DNA of 64,000 bases from Halorutilales archaeon Cl-col2-1 (GTDB taxonomy: Archaea; Halobacteriota; Halobacteria; Halobacteriales; Afararchaeaceae). Under the pieces are notes generated by a model. It saw only the letters and a program-made list of their open reading frames with translations. It was not told where the DNA came from and ran no database searches. Both the position numbers and the translations under genes were made by a program. The stretch spans positions 1,152,001 to 1,216,000 of the forward strand of contig CP169074.1 in assembly GCA_041891055.1 (NCBI GenBank), read 5' to 3'. Shown piece by piece: positions 9,161-19,722 of this stretch; the first letter of the stretch is position 1, and each line of letters opens with the position of its first letter.

Positions 9161-10401
9161 TGGGGCTTGTCGGTGGACTCCGCCTCTGACTCCATAACAG
9201 AGTACGAGACAAATCCTCGATTCGGCTTCACAGTCCCCGACTTCAGGGCGAGTTGACTGTCGCCCGTCCGCCGTGAGTCATGTAGCCCACGACGGACAAA
9301 CCGCCATCCAACATTCTTCGCCGCGTTATAATCCGCATTCGCCGTCGCACCACACTTCTCACACTCGAAGAAATCTCGTTCCGTTCGGTTACCATCGCTC
9401 GTATGACCGCACTCGCAACACCGCTTCGACGTATTCTCAGGGTCAACGTACACGACCTCGATACCCAGTTCCTCAGCCTTGTACTCGACGTACTTGACGA
9501 GTTGGGCGTGCGCCCACTGGTGGAACTTACGCTTGCTCGGCATCGAGTCGCGGATGTGCGTCAAGTCCTCGAACGCGATGTGCGTACAGTCGTAGGCGAC
9601 TGCCTCCGCGAGCAACCGATTCGACACCCTGTGCAGGTAGTCACGGTTGTACCGTTCTTCGCGGTTATCCCGCTGGACGAGTGTGCGATGCGCGGACTCG
9701 GTGCCCGTTTCTTGGAGACCACCACGAACGCGCTCGAACTCGCGGTGTTCGTGCAAGAGTTCTTTCCCGGATTCGAAGTGGGCGGTGCTGGTGACAGCGA
9801 TGTTTTCGATGCCGAGGTCAACCCCGAGAACTGTCCTGTCCTCGGCGGGCGACTCGTCGGCATCGGGTTTCGGCTTACGGAAGCCGAGATGTAAATAGTA
9901 GTTGCCGTCACGCGCTGTCAGCGTCGATTCCGTCACTTCCCACTCGTCGCTGTCGAGGTATTGGTACTGGTAGCCGTCTTCGTCGTCGGGCAGTACCAAT
10001 TCGCACCGCACTCGACTGTCGGTGGTGGCGAGGGAGACGGTGTTGTCATCGAACAGGGTCATCGTGTTGGCGTCGTACTTCACCGTAGGCGTGGTGAACT
10101 CGGGTTTCGAGTAGTTGCGACCCTGTTGTTTGCGTTCATCGACACCTTTCAGGGCTTGTGCGGCTTGGAAGCACGCGAGGATGGCGTGTTGACTCCCGAG
10201 ACGAGTTTGGTCACGAACATCGTCGTATGCGAGTGACTGGAGTTTCCGCTTACGGGTTTCGTAGTGTTCCCAGCCGATGTCCGTGGCAATGTTCGCACCT
10301 GTGCGCCACTCGTCTATCGTGTCTTCGAGCAGGTCGGTCTGCTCAGGGGACACGGAGAGGCGCGTTATAGCGGTGCGTCTCAGGTAGTCGTCGTCCGACA
10401 C
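9133..10401 (-). CDS. tnpB: RNA-guided endonuclease TnpB
   Basis: RuvC motifs GVDLG, FEDL, NADYNAAKN; zinc ribbon CCECG...CEKCG. Confidence 0.95.
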   Translation of the reverse strand: MSDDDYLRRTAITRLSVSPEQTDLLEDTIDEWRTGANIATDIGWEHYETRKRKLQSLAYDDVRDQTRLGSQHAILACFQAAQALKGVDERKQQGRNYSKPEFTTPTVKYDANTMTLFDDNTVSLATTDSRVRCELVLPDDEDGYQYQYLDSDEWEVTESTLTARDGNYYLHLGFRKPKPDADESPAEDRTVLGVDLGIENIAVTSTAHFESGKELLHEHREFERVRGGLQETGTESAHRTLVQRDNREERYNRDYLHRVSNRLLAEAVAYDCTHIAFEDLTHIRDSMPSKRKFHQWAHAQLVKYVEYKAEELGIEVVYVDPENTSKRCCECGHTSDGNRTERDFFECEKCGATANADYNAAKNVGWRFVRRGLHDSRRTGDSQLALKSGTVKPNRGFVSYSVMESEAESTDKPHRERKFTSL

Positions 10402-10541
10402 ATGTTCAAAGAATGTCTGTGGTTACTTAATAGTTGGTGTCTGACTGGTGTGTGAGTGACGCGCTCCTCCGCTCGTTCCTTGAGGATGGGGACTCCGCGC
10501 TACCGCACAGTTGAATACGTTAGAAATCCAACTCTTCGGCA

Positions 10542-11636
10542 ATGTACGACCTCGTCGTAGTCGGAGGAGGACCCGCGGGTTCAAGGCTCGCTCGTAAGAC
10601 CGCCGAGAGGGATCTAGACGTCGTACTTCTCGAAAAGGGAGAGGTGGGTCTGCCTCTCGCTTGTTCGGGTCATCTCTCCGGCGAGATCTGGGACTTTCTC
10701 CCCGAGTCGGCGCGGTCGCTCGTCGAGAACGAGATACGTGGCGCTCGGTTCCACGTCGGCGACTCAACCTACACCTTCTACTCCGACTCGACAGTCTCTT
10801 ACGCCTTAGACAGGGTCGAAATGGACAGGATACTAGCACGCGAGGCGGAGAAAGCGGGCGCGACAGTTCTGGAGAGACACGAGGCTACGAGTCTGAGCGT
10901 TGACACCTCGACAGTCGAGGTCTCTACCCACGACGACGTCTTCGAGTCACGTCTCGTCGCAGGATGTGACGGACCCTTCTCGACAGTCAGGGAGTCGCTT
11001 GGATTCGACGACCCCGGCGAGATACTCCATGGCTTTCTCGGCTTCTCCGACGAGGACGGCACTGGCGACTTCGTCGACGTCTACCTCGATGTCCCGGGTT
11101 TCTTCGGATGGCGAATACCCAGAGGTGACTCGGTCGAGTACGGCGCGGCGTCGCGCTCCCACGTGCGTGAGAAGTTCGAGACGTACGTTTCTCCCAACGC
11201 CGATCTCAGAGACGTGTGTGGCGGAGGAATACCACTCGTCCCGCCGTCTGAGACTGCAGATTCCGAGAGACGCGCCTTTCTGGTAGGTGACGCCGCCGCA
11301 CAGGTCAAGCCCTTCACGGGGGGCGGTATAATCTACGGTATGACCGCCGCCGACATAGCCGCCGAGGTGATCGATCCCCGAAAACCCGGGACTCTCGCCG
11401 AGTATGAGACACAGTGGAGGGACACACTCGGGCGCGAGATTCTTCTCGGCAGACTCATAAGGAGGTTCTACGAGCTTCCTCCCTCCGTGCAGAAGACGGT
11501 TCTGGGTGTCTTCGAGGGCGAGATATACGTCGACATGGACCGTCCGACGTCTCTCTTCAACAGACGAACCGCGAAACGCGTCCTGGGAAATCTCACGGGT
11601 CGAGTAGCAAACTTTGATAATCCATCGACTCAATAA
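10542..11636 (+). CDS. Geranylgeranyl reductase-family flavoprotein
   Basis: VVGGGPAG FAD motif, GCDG, LVGDAAAQVKPFTGGGI. Confidence 0.9.
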   Translation: MYDLVVVGGGPAGSRLARKTAERDLDVVLLEKGEVGLPLACSGHLSGEIWDFLPESARSLVENEIRGARFHVGDSTYTFYSDSTVSYALDRVEMDRILAREAEKAGATVLERHEATSLSVDTSTVEVSTHDDVFESRLVAGCDGPFSTVRESLGFDDPGEILHGFLGFSDEDGTGDFVDVYLDVPGFFGWRIPRGDSVEYGAASRSHVREKFETYVSPNADLRDVCGGGIPLVPPSETADSERRAFLVGDAAAQVKPFTGGGIIYGMTAADIAAEVIDPRKPGTLAEYETQWRDTLGREILLGRLIRRFYELPPSVQKTVLGVFEGEIYVDMDRPTSLFNRRTAKRVLGNLTGRVANFDNPSTQ

Positions 11637-11642
11637 CCGGAT

Positions 11643-11870
11643 ATGGTAAAAGCATACGTTCTGATAGAGTGTGAGACGGGATCGATACAGTCGATAGTCG
11701 ACGACATACGTGGAATAGACGCAGTGACTGACTCGACCGCAGTCACGGGTGAGTACGACATAATTACGGAGCTAGAGGTCGATCAGGTCGATCAGATACT
11801 CAAGACTGTCGCGGGACGCATACACGAGCTTCCGGGAGTTGAGGACACGACGACGTGTATATCGACGTAA
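11643..11870 (+). CDS. Stand-alone Lrp/AsnC ligand-binding domain protein
   Basis: 75 aa, VTGEYDII and GVEDTTTCI. Confidence 0.88.
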   Translation: MVKAYVLIECETGSIQSIVDDIRGIDAVTDSTAVTGEYDIITELEVDQVDQILKTVAGRIHELPGVEDTTTCIST

Positions 11871-11924
11871 AGACATAGACACAGAACAGACGGACAGCTC
11901 AGACGAGACCAGACCGATCAAAAC

Positions 11925-13028
11925 GTGAGCACCTCAGAGACCGAAGTCGAAGACGACACCGACGAGGCGGAGGTGGACGTCGATACCGAGACCGAAGACA
12001 GCCCTGAGATCGACGTAACACAACTCCTCGACGTCCTCAGGACGGGTAGCTCTCTCGCTGTCGTCTGTCACGACAATCCTGATCCCGACTGCATAGCGAG
12101 CGCCCTCAGTCTTCGGAGGATAGCCGAGGAGGAAGACCTCGATGTCGTCGAGATACTCTACGGCGGTGACATCTCTCACCAGCAGAACCGCGCCTTCGTC
12201 AACCTCCTAGAGATAGAGATGCAGCATCTCTCGGAGTCGGACGTCGACGCATACGACCTCGTCGCCTTCGTCGATCACTCAGTTCCGGGAGCCAACAACT
12301 CGGTCTCTGATGAGATCGAGGTCGACGTAGTCATAGACCACCATCCCCTCGACGACGAGGTCGAAGCGAGGTTCGTAGACAGGAGAACCGAGTATGGCGC
12401 GACGACGACTATACTAGTCGAGTACCTCCGTGAGCTCGGGATAGAGCCTGACACCGATCTCGCGACGGCTCTTCTCTTTGCGATAAGGAGAGAGACACTC
12501 GACTTCCTGCGCGACACGACCCCGAACGAGTATAACGCCGCGCGTTATCTCCATCCCCTCGCCGACAAGAGTATGCTGAGAGAGATGGTACAGCCCGCTT
12601 TCACGCCCGCGACCCTCGACACGATAGGCGAGGCGATACGTAACCGCGAGGTTCGGGCATCGGCTCTAATCTCGGGGGTCGGACGTACGACCGAGAGGGA
12701 CGCTCTTCCTCAGTGTGCCGACTACCTCATGAATCTCGAAGGCGTCGCCACTGTCGTCGTCTTCGGAATCGTCAACGACGACATACATATAAGTGCGAGG
12801 TCGAACGACTCACGCATAAATCTCGACGACGTGATGAGGGAGGCTTTCGGTGACGTCGGAAGCGCGGGAGGACACCACGACATGGCTGGCGCGCAGATAC
12901 CCCTCGGAATCTTCTCGGGTCTCGCAGACTCGGACGAGTACGTCGACCTCGCGTCGGAGATAATCGAGAGACGTTTCTTCGAGGCTATGAACCTGTCTGC
13001 GTCGAACTCGAACGGAAACGGGGAGTGA
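11925..13028 (+). CDS. DHH/DHHA1 phosphoesterase
   Basis: HDNPDPD, IDHH, ISARS, AGGHHDMAGA. Confidence 0.92.
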   Translation: MSTSETEVEDDTDEAEVDVDTETEDSPEIDVTQLLDVLRTGSSLAVVCHDNPDPDCIASALSLRRIAEEEDLDVVEILYGGDISHQQNRAFVNLLEIEMQHLSESDVDAYDLVAFVDHSVPGANNSVSDEIEVDVVIDHHPLDDEVEARFVDRRTEYGATTTILVEYLRELGIEPDTDLATALLFAIRRETLDFLRDTTPNEYNAARYLHPLADKSMLREMVQPAFTPATLDTIGEAIRNREVRASALISGVGRTTERDALPQCADYLMNLEGVATVVVFGIVNDDIHISARSNDSRINLDDVMREAFGDVGSAGGHHDMAGAQIPLGIFSGLADSDEYVDLASEIIERRFFEAMNLSASNSNGNGE

Positions 13029-13627
13029 TGAAAGAGGGGATACGTGTCCTCGGGGTCGCAGAGAGCTATACCTCGGGGTCGGACGAGTCGGTTCTCGGAG
13101 GCGTCGTAATGAGGGGCGACGGACGTCTCGACGGCTTTGTCTTTGGCTCTTCTACAGTGGGGGGAACAGATGTCACCGACTCTGTGATAGGGATGTACGA
13201 CAGACTCGACAGGGACGACATACACGCCGTGATGGTGGGCGGAATCGCCGTCTCGTGGTACAACGTCGTCGACCTGAGACGTATAGAGGACGAGACGGGA
13301 GTTCCAGCTCTGAGCGTGAGCTTCGAGGAGGGCGGCGACCTCACCGACTCCATCCGTGACGAGTTCGAGGGCGAGGAAGCCGACGAGAGGATCGAGGTCT
13401 ACGAGAGACAGCCTGATAGACGGCGGGTAGAGGTCGATACGGAGAACGCGACGACAGACGTCTTCGTGAGATCGGTAGGTATAGACGAGGAGAAAGCAGA
13501 CTCGGTAGTAAGGATGTTGACGACACACGGGAAGAGACCCGAGCCCGTCAGGATAGGACGTCTCGTGGCGCGCGCAGCCGATGCCTGGGAAGGAACGGAC
13601 GGAGACAGGGAGACGGAGGAGGGATGA
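13025..13627 (+). CDS. DUF99 protein (endonuclease V-like fold)
   Basis: RVLGVAES, GIAVSWYNVVDL, PEPVRIG. Confidence 0.85.
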   Translation: MMKEGIRVLGVAESYTSGSDESVLGGVVMRGDGRLDGFVFGSSTVGGTDVTDSVIGMYDRLDRDDIHAVMVGGIAVSWYNVVDLRRIEDETGVPALSVSFEEGGDLTDSIRDEFEGEEADERIEVYERQPDRRRVEVDTENATTDVFVRSVGIDEEKADSVVRMLTTHGKRPEPVRIGRLVARAADAWEGTDGDRETEEG

Positions 13628-13628
13628 C

Positions 13629-14183
13629 ATGAGCCACGAGTACACTGTCGAGAACTGTGAGAGATGTGACGCACTCGTCGAGTCACGTTCACGTATAGTC
13701 GACGGCGTCGGAGCCGGAGAGTCTGGAGTCGTCTTCGTGGGTGAGGCTCCAGGTAAGCAGGAGGACGAGGAGGGCGAGCCCTTCGTAGGCAGGAGCGGCG
13801 AGATACTCACCCGGAAGCTCGAAGATCTGGGGGTCGAACGCGACGAGGTACGTATAACCAACACCGTGAGATGCAGACCACCCGACAACCGTGACCCATA
13901 CGTCTCGGAGATCGAGAACTGTTCGGAGTACCTCGACGACGAGATACGGTTCTACGACCCCGACGTGATCTGTAGCCTCGGACGTGTCCCTACTTCGAGA
14001 CTCGTCGGCGAGAACGTGACTATGAGAGACGTGATAGGATCGTCCATGGAGACAGAGATCGGCGGCGAGACCTACACGCTCGTGCCGTGTTACCATCCAG
14101 CGGCTATGCTCTACGACTCGTCAAAGGAAGAAGACATAGACGAGACTCTCGAAGTCGTCTTGTCTCTCGCCCGAAGCGATTAA
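13629..14183 (+). CDS. Uracil-DNA glycosylase, family 4
   Basis: CERC, GEAPG, PFVG, TNTVRCRPP, YHPAA; start at ATG 13629. Confidence 0.93.
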   Translation: MSHEYTVENCERCDALVESRSRIVDGVGAGESGVVFVGEAPGKQEDEEGEPFVGRSGEILTRKLEDLGVERDEVRITNTVRCRPPDNRDPYVSEIENCSEYLDDEIRFYDPDVICSLGRVPTSRLVGENVTMRDVIGSSMETEIGGETYTLVPCYHPAAMLYDSSKEEDIDETLEVVLSLARSD

Positions 14184-14219
14184 TAACTCTTTTTATGTGA
14201 AAAGTCCTTAATTAATAAC

Positions 14220-14630
14220 ATGCCCGTCGTCAGCATCTCGGTTCCCGACAAGCTCCTCGACCGGATAGACAGCTTCGTCGACGAACACGGCTACTCGGGG
14301 AGAAGCGAGTTCATCCGGAACGCCTCACGTGAACTCATAGGCGAGTTCGAGGACGCGAGCTTAGAGGGACGTCATCTCATAGGTACGATAACCGTAGTCT
14401 TCGACTTCGACAACTCCGAAGTCGAGAACAAGATGATAGAGCTCAGACATGACTTCGAGGACGTCGTCAAGAGCAACGTACACTCACACGTCGGCGAGAG
14501 CTACTGCATGGAGGTCTTTGTCCTCGAAGGCGACTTAGACGAGATAAAGGGATTCGTGGGACAGGTCAGGTCAACCTCCGACGTAATCGATGTCAACTAC
14601 ACCGTACATCCGATAGACGAGCTACTCTAG
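14220..14630 (+). CDS. NikR-family ribbon-helix-helix regulator
   Basis: VVSISVP...[11 protein letters not shown]-terminus; HSHVGESYC metal site. Confidence 0.88.
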   Translation: MPVVSISVPDKLLDRIDSFVDEHGYSGRSEFIRNASRELIGEFEDASLEGRHLIGTITVVFDFDNSEVENKMIELRHDFEDVVKSNVHSHVGESYCMEVFVLEGDLDEIKGFVGQVRSTSDVIDVNYTVHPIDELL

Positions 14631-15412
14631 CGGTACTCGTTGAGCGAGTCACGCAGGTCACGCGCGGCTTTCCGAGCCTCGTCGTCGAATCTCTCCTCGT
14701 CTTCCTCACCCGCGTAGATGATCGAACGCGTCGAGTTGACGACTCCAACGCCTTCGGGGCTGAGACCGTGTTCTACTGCCGCTCTAACGCTCCCGCCCTG
14801 TGCTCCGACCCCCGGCACGAGGAAAGGAAGATCGTCGGCGTGTCGCCTGACTTCCTCCATAGTCTCGGGATAGGTCGCTCCGACGACGAGTCCAATATTC
14901 GAGTTTAGATCCCAGTCGGCGCATCTCTCTGCGACCTCGGCGTAGAGGGGCTTTCCGCCACAGTCGATGTCCTGGAAGTCACTGCTTCCGTCGTTTGTCG
15001 TCTTACACAGGACGAAGACGCCCTTCTCGGGACGTTCGATGAAGGGCTCTATGGAGTCGTGTCCCATGTACGGACTCACTGTTATAGCGTCGGCGAAGTC
15101 GAGTAGATCGGCGTACCTGCTGGAGGAGTTACCTATGTCACCTCTCTTGGCGTCAAGCACGACTTCTGCGTCAGTCTCCTCGTGGACGTACTCGGCTGTC
15201 TGTCTGAGCACGTCCCAGTCGTCGGTAGCCTCGTAGAAGGCGGAGTTGGGCTTGTAGGCGACAGCGACGTCGCTCGTGGCGTCGATTATACGTCTGTTGA
15301 ACTCTAAGACCGAGAGGTCGCCGGGTATCCTATCCCTCACGGGGTCGAGTCCGACACAGACGACGCTGTCTTTCTCCTCGATGCCGTCGGCGAGTCTGTC
15401 GAAGAAGTTCAC
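14627..15412 (-). CDS. pyrF: Orotidine-5'-phosphate decarboxylase
   Basis: [26 protein letters not shown]. Confidence 0.95.
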   Translation of the reverse strand: MNFFDRLADGIEEKDSVVCVGLDPVRDRIPGDLSVLEFNRRIIDATSDVAVAYKPNSAFYEATDDWDVLRQTAEYVHEETDAEVVLDAKRGDIGNSSSRYADLLDFADAITVSPYMGHDSIEPFIERPEKGVFVLCKTTNDGSSDFQDIDCGGKPLYAEVAERCADWDLNSNIGLVVGATYPETMEEVRRHADDLPFLVPGVGAQGGSVRAAVEHGLSPEGVGVVNSTRSIIYAGEEDEERFDDEARKAARDLRDSLNEYR

Positions 15413-16677
15413 GCGAACTCCTCCAGAGGAACCTGCTTCTGGTCACCCGTCTCCATCTCCTTGACGGTCACAACGCCTTCGGAGAGGTCGCGTTCTCCGA
15501 CGATGACTGTCTTCTCTGCGTTTATAGAGTCGGCGTACTCAAGCTGTCCCGAGAAGCCGCGGTTCGAGAGATCGATCTCGACGACGTTGTCCTCGGCTCT
15601 TAGAGACTGTGCGACCTCGACCGCAGTCTGCCTGACGTCTCCTATCACGGCGACGTAGTAGTCAGTATGTATCCTCTCGTCGGGCCAGACTCCCGCTCTC
15701 TTCATGAGGAGTTCGAGTGTGGCGTCGCCCGGTGCGAATCCGACCGCCGGGGTCGGCTGTCCTCCGAAGGTCTCAACGAGGTCGTCGTAACGTCCACCGC
15801 CGAATATCGAACGCAGGTCGCCCTCTGTGTCGAAACACTCGAAGACGGCTCCCGTGTAGTAGTCGAGTCCCCTGACTATACGTGGGTCGAACTCGACGTC
15901 GACTCCGTAGTCCGCGAGACGGTCGTGTATAGCCCTGAGATTCTCGATCCCCTCACGTGTCTTCTGCCTCTCAGATATATCAAGAACCTCTTCGAGACTG
16001 TCGAAGCCACGTATCTGGGTTAGCGAGACTACGGTCGAGGTCTGTTCGTCGTCGAGTACCTCCCGCAGACGTGCCCTGAGTTCGTCGGCTTCGAGCTTCT
16101 CTGTCTTGTCGACAGTCCTGTAGACGTGCTGGGCGTCCTCCGAGGGGAGGTCGAATCCCTCGACTATCCCCTGGAGTATCTTCCTGTGGCTCATACGCAG
16201 GACGAAGTCGTCGTCGAGACCCAACGACCTCAGCATGTCGTCGGCGAGTGAGACTATCTCGGCGTCAGCCTCGGGAGTCTCGCCGCCGAATATGTCGAAG
16301 TTGGGCTGGTAGAACTCACGTAGACGTCCCGACTGTGGCTGTTCGTACCTCCAGAGCTTGGGCACCGAGTACCACTTGAGAGGCTTCGAGAACTCCTGCT
16401 GTTTCGCGACAAAGATACGGACGACACTCGGTGTTAGCTCGGGGGCCATAGTGACCTGTCGTCCGCCCTTGTCCTCGAAAGAGTAGGTCTCGTCGACTAT
16501 CTCCTCGCCGCTCTTTATCTCGTAGAGTTCGAGAGGTTCGAGCGACGGCGTCGCGATCTCACGGAATCCGTAGGACCGTGCCGTCTCCTCCACCGTGTCG
16601 AATACCTCACGACGTGCCGCCATCTCGTCGGGATAGAAGTCCCTGAACCCCTTGAGGCTCTCAAGGTCTCTGTCCAT
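15409..16677 (-). CDS. hisS: Histidine--tRNA ligase
   Basis: LKGFRDFYP, GRLREFYQ, RGLDYYTG, GGGRYD. Confidence 0.97.
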   Translation of the reverse strand: MDRDLESLKGFRDFYPDEMAARREVFDTVEETARSYGFREIATPSLEPLELYEIKSGEEIVDETYSFEDKGGRQVTMAPELTPSVVRIFVAKQQEFSKPLKWYSVPKLWRYEQPQSGRLREFYQPNFDIFGGETPEADAEIVSLADDMLRSLGLDDDFVLRMSHRKILQGIVEGFDLPSEDAQHVYRTVDKTEKLEADELRARLREVLDDEQTSTVVSLTQIRGFDSLEEVLDISERQKTREGIENLRAIHDRLADYGVDVEFDPRIVRGLDYYTGAVFECFDTEGDLRSIFGGGRYDDLVETFGGQPTPAVGFAPGDATLELLMKRAGVWPDERIHTDYYVAVIGDVRQTAVEVAQSLRAEDNVVEIDLSNRGFSGQLEYADSINAEKTVIVGERDLSEGVVTVKEMETGDQKQVPLEEFA

Positions 16678-16722
16678 GTGACGAGTAGAGGAAGGAGAGG
16701 TTTAAATTAAACTAAAGAGTAC

Positions 16723-17055
16723 TTACCTTCTCTTTATGTTGTAGTCGTTGCCCGAGGGCTGAAGCTCACGCAGGAGATCCTTCATCTGGTCGTCGTCTAT
16801 GGTGTCCTGTATCCTTCCGCTCTTTGCGAGTGCGACTATCTGCTGTTCGACCGACTCCGCGAACTCCGGCTTCGACATACGGAGCGTGTTGAGCCTCTCG
16901 CGCGCCTCGGCTGTCAGGGTCTGTTTCAGGAGAGCCTTCTTCTGAGCCTCTGCCTTCTTACGTGCCTCCTCACGTTCCTGTGACTGTCCCTCTCCCTGCT
17001 GTTCCTTGAGATTCTTTAGCTTCTCCTCACGTAGGTCGTCGATGTCGTCAGTCAT
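16723..17055 (-). CDS. PDCD5-like DNA-binding protein
   Basis: [21 protein letters not shown]-terminal IKRR. Confidence 0.92.
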   Translation of the reverse strand: MTDDIDDLREEKLKNLKEQQGEGQSQEREEARKKAEAQKKALLKQTLTAEARERLNTLRMSKPEFAESVEQQIVALAKSGRIQDTIDDDQMKDLLRELQPSGNDYNIKRR

Positions 17056-17126
17056 GTTAAAATGTAGTTCCTGAGAGCTTAAAACTCTTCAGACTGTCCT
17101 GGACGTGTTATATCCTGCCATAATTT

Positions 17127-17735
17127 TCAACCCCACTCGATATGAAAATTTACCTTGTATTGGGACGTATACAGCGTCGAAGCGGATCTGTTTAAGTAGT
17201 AGCTCTGGTCTCTACGAAAAGTATACTTCCCAGGAACTAATCCTGACGTATCCGATTTTATTTTGTATTTTCTCGACACTGTCTCGTTTGGATCTATTGA
17301 AGTCACTGTTTGAATAGTTGTAGCACTATTGTTCACGAGATCAACATTTGACGAGTGCACATATTTCGAGTTCCATAGCAGGAGTTTTCCATCAAGCCCT
17401 CTTTTCGAAACGAGATTATCGAACCATGCAGGAATTCCAAAGATACGCGGTGATTCTGGAGACGCATATACCACTCCAAATGGAGGAACCGGACCGGCTT
17501 TTACGTTCATCTCCCTGTCACCCCTGTTTTTCATGGAAAGTTTGATGACAGCAGGGTCATTTGGAGATATATTGGAATCAACCATATCCGCGTCTATTTT
17601 TAAGTTAGATTCGGGGTTTTGACTTACTTGGAGATCCTCGATAGTATAGTGACTTCCAGATGAGCCTATAAAAAACCAGATAGATATAATAACTGTTATT
17701 ATTACTATTAATAGATGAGTTCTGTTTTTTAACAC
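17127..17735 (-). CDS. Exported or membrane-anchored hypothetical protein in an AT-rich insert
   Basis: N-terminal hydrophobic helix; AT-rich codons; not acidic like host proteins. Confidence 0.6.
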   Translation of the reverse strand: MLKNRTHLLIVIITVIISIWFFIGSSGSHYTIEDLQVSQNPESNLKIDADMVDSNISPNDPAVIKLSMKNRGDREMNVKAGPVPPFGVVYASPESPRIFGIPAWFDNLVSKRGLDGKLLLWNSKYVHSSNVDLVNNSATTIQTVTSIDPNETVSRKYKIKSDTSGLVPGKYTFRRDQSYYLNRSASTLYTSQYKVNFHIEWG

Positions 17736-18348
17736 AGTTTATGGAAGAGTTAGACTAACATTCAATCCGTTAAGGAGTTCTGTTCCAACTGAACCCACAT
17801 CCCAATGAGTCCTCGTAGTCCTATTACTCCCCCTATACCAACGCTTAGGTATTTCAGGAATTTTCTTTTTGTAGCCGGCTCATCTAAATTTAAAATATTA
17901 CCTGTTTTTATATTCGACATATTTCATACTTAAAACTGTAAGGAGTTAATTCTTTTTGTGGTTTACAGACAATTTTAGCACAATAAACAGTATTCAAGTA
18001 TCGCTAGATCTGTCTAAGAAATTTGTAGTTCAAATATATATTGTAATCATACTGAACGACAAAACGAATGTGAATACGAACCTTCTCTATGATCCAGGAT
18101 ACAGAGAATGGCACGGATATATATCCGATTTTCTTCGAAAAGACTGTATTCAAAGTTTGTTTATTTTTGTCCTTTCAGTATCAGTTTGTGTGATGAAAAA
18201 GGATGAATCAAAAACTATCCGTCACTACTGGTGAATATACACGTTCAGACTATAGTTCGGATTTATGAATGAACATCGGATATTTTACGACTGTGATCGG
18301 AATTATCTTCTCTAAAATACTGTCGTAACCGTGGGTCAGAGCTGTCTA

Positions 18349-18792
18349 TTACTGATACTGTTCGAGCTCGGGGATCTCCGAGGCGACGTCCTCGGCGACT
18401 CCGTCGAGGAAGCTCCTTCCCTCGCCAGAGACACGTCTCCCCTCTGCCTCGACTGTCTCGACGTAGCCGGCGTCCTCAAGCTGCTGGAGAGCCGTCCTGA
18501 TTATATTACGGCTTCCCCTCTCGTGGTGAGCGGGTGCGGAGCCGTTGTTCTTGCTCCCTCCGTACTCCTTGCTGAGACGCGAGACGCCTATGGGGCCTTC
18601 TGTGTAGACCTTACGTATGATCGAGGCTGTGCGCGTGTACCACCAGTCGCTCTCCTCGGGAGGAAGCTCCTTGTGCTCTCCAGTCTTAGCGAACTCCGCC
18701 CACTCGGGGGGCTCTACCTCGTCGACGTCCTTGAGTTCCTCGGCGACTCGGGATACCATCTTGTCCCCGGGAACGTCGTATAGAGTGACCAT
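18349..18792 (-). CDS. rps19e: 30S ribosomal protein S19e
   Basis: PPEWAEFAKTG, WWYTRTASIIRK, ALQQLEDAG. Confidence 0.97.
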   Translation of the reverse strand: MVTLYDVPGDKMVSRVAEELKDVDEVEPPEWAEFAKTGEHKELPPEESDWWYTRTASIIRKVYTEGPIGVSRLSKEYGGSKNNGSAPAHHERGSRNIIRTALQQLEDAGYVETVEAEGRRVSGEGRSFLDGVAEDVASEIPELEQYQ

Positions 18793-18855
18793 TCTTGTCC
18801 TGAGTTCGTCGAGGAGAGGTTTAACCTTTTTTGTTAGAGACGTCGGAGACGAACC

Positions 18856-19713
18856 ATGGAAGAACGGAAGCTTCTCGACCGTCTCTCGCGCGAACTCGGC
18901 GTAGGAGACGACTGCGCAGTCTTAGAGTTCGGCGGTGACGAGGCTAACGCACTCCTCACCACCGACATGCTCCACCGTAAGACCGACTTCCCCGAGGGAC
19001 TCGAAGCTGAAGTTATGGGCTGGCGCGGGGTCGGCGCGAGTCTGAGTGACGTGGCAGGAATGGGAGGCGATCCAGTCGCGTCGGTTCTCGCAGTCGGCGT
19101 CCCGGGACTCGAAGAGGAGACGGTCGAGGCGATCATAAGGGGCGCGAGAGACGTCTGTGAATCGGTCTCAGCGGAGTACGTCGGAGGCGACCTCGACTCA
19201 CACGACGAGCTCACAGTCACGTCGACAGTTCTCGGTAGAGCTGAGTCGCCCGTGAGACGGTCGGGCGCGGAGGTCGGAGACGCCGTCTGTGTGACAGGAA
19301 AACTCGGTGCGACCGCTCTGGGTCTGCGCCTCTTCGAGGAAGGAGAAAACGAGACGGCGAACGACCTCTTCAGGTTCGAGCCACGTGTCGCGGAAGGTAT
19401 CGAGATCTCCGAGTACGCGACCTCGATGATGGACATAAGCGACGGTCTCTCTGTCTCTCTCCACCAGACCGCGGAGTCGAGCGACGTGGGATTCGTGGTC
19501 GAGTCAGAGAGGATACCACGAGTCGACGGGGTAGATCTGGAGGAAGCCGTCTTCACAGGCGAGGACTTCGAGCTTCTGTTTACGGCTCCGCGCGACAGGC
19601 TCGACGAGATAAGCGCGGAGTTCACGGTGATAGGTGACTGCGTCGACGAGACCGAGGGCGTGAGTATCGACGCCGAGAGACTCGAAAAGAGAGGTTATCA
19701 GCACGGAGACTGA
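18856..19713 (+). CDS. thiL: Thiamine-monophosphate kinase
   Basis: GDDCAV, SLSDVAGMGG, MDISDGL, GEDFELLF. Confidence 0.95.
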   Translation: MEERKLLDRLSRELGVGDDCAVLEFGGDEANALLTTDMLHRKTDFPEGLEAEVMGWRGVGASLSDVAGMGGDPVASVLAVGVPGLEEETVEAIIRGARDVCESVSAEYVGGDLDSHDELTVTSTVLGRAESPVRRSGAEVGDAVCVTGKLGATALGLRLFEEGENETANDLFRFEPRVAEGIEISEYATSMMDISDGLSVSLHQTAESSDVGFVVESERIPRVDGVDLEEAVFTGEDFELLFTAPRDRLDEISAEFTVIGDCVDETEGVSIDAERLEKRGYQHGD

Positions 19714-19722
19714 TTAACACAT

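Larger units (their letters stand above)
8967..10515 (-). mobile_element. IS200/IS605-family (IS1341-type, tnpB-only) element; left boundary approximate
   Basis: tnpB plus right end ...GTGGGGTAGTTGAC (minus strand, ending 8967) and a related left-end motif TCCTTGAGGATGGGG near 10477-10491. Confidence 0.85.

Noticed and set aside
9006-9162. Regularly spaced palindromes as a CRISPR array
   Set aside because: No identical direct repeats alternating with unique spacers and no cas genes; the units themselves are the variable part.
12722-13888. Long antisense ORFs (388 aa here; also 22314-23228, 18834-19625, 61968-62558)
   Set aside because: Shadow frames of well-supported genes in GC-rich DNA; Ser/Arg- or Val/Leu-rich with no motifs.
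17956-18234. 92-aa ORF in the AT-rich insert
   Set aside because: Non-ATG start, no motif and atypical composition; cannot be supported as a gene.
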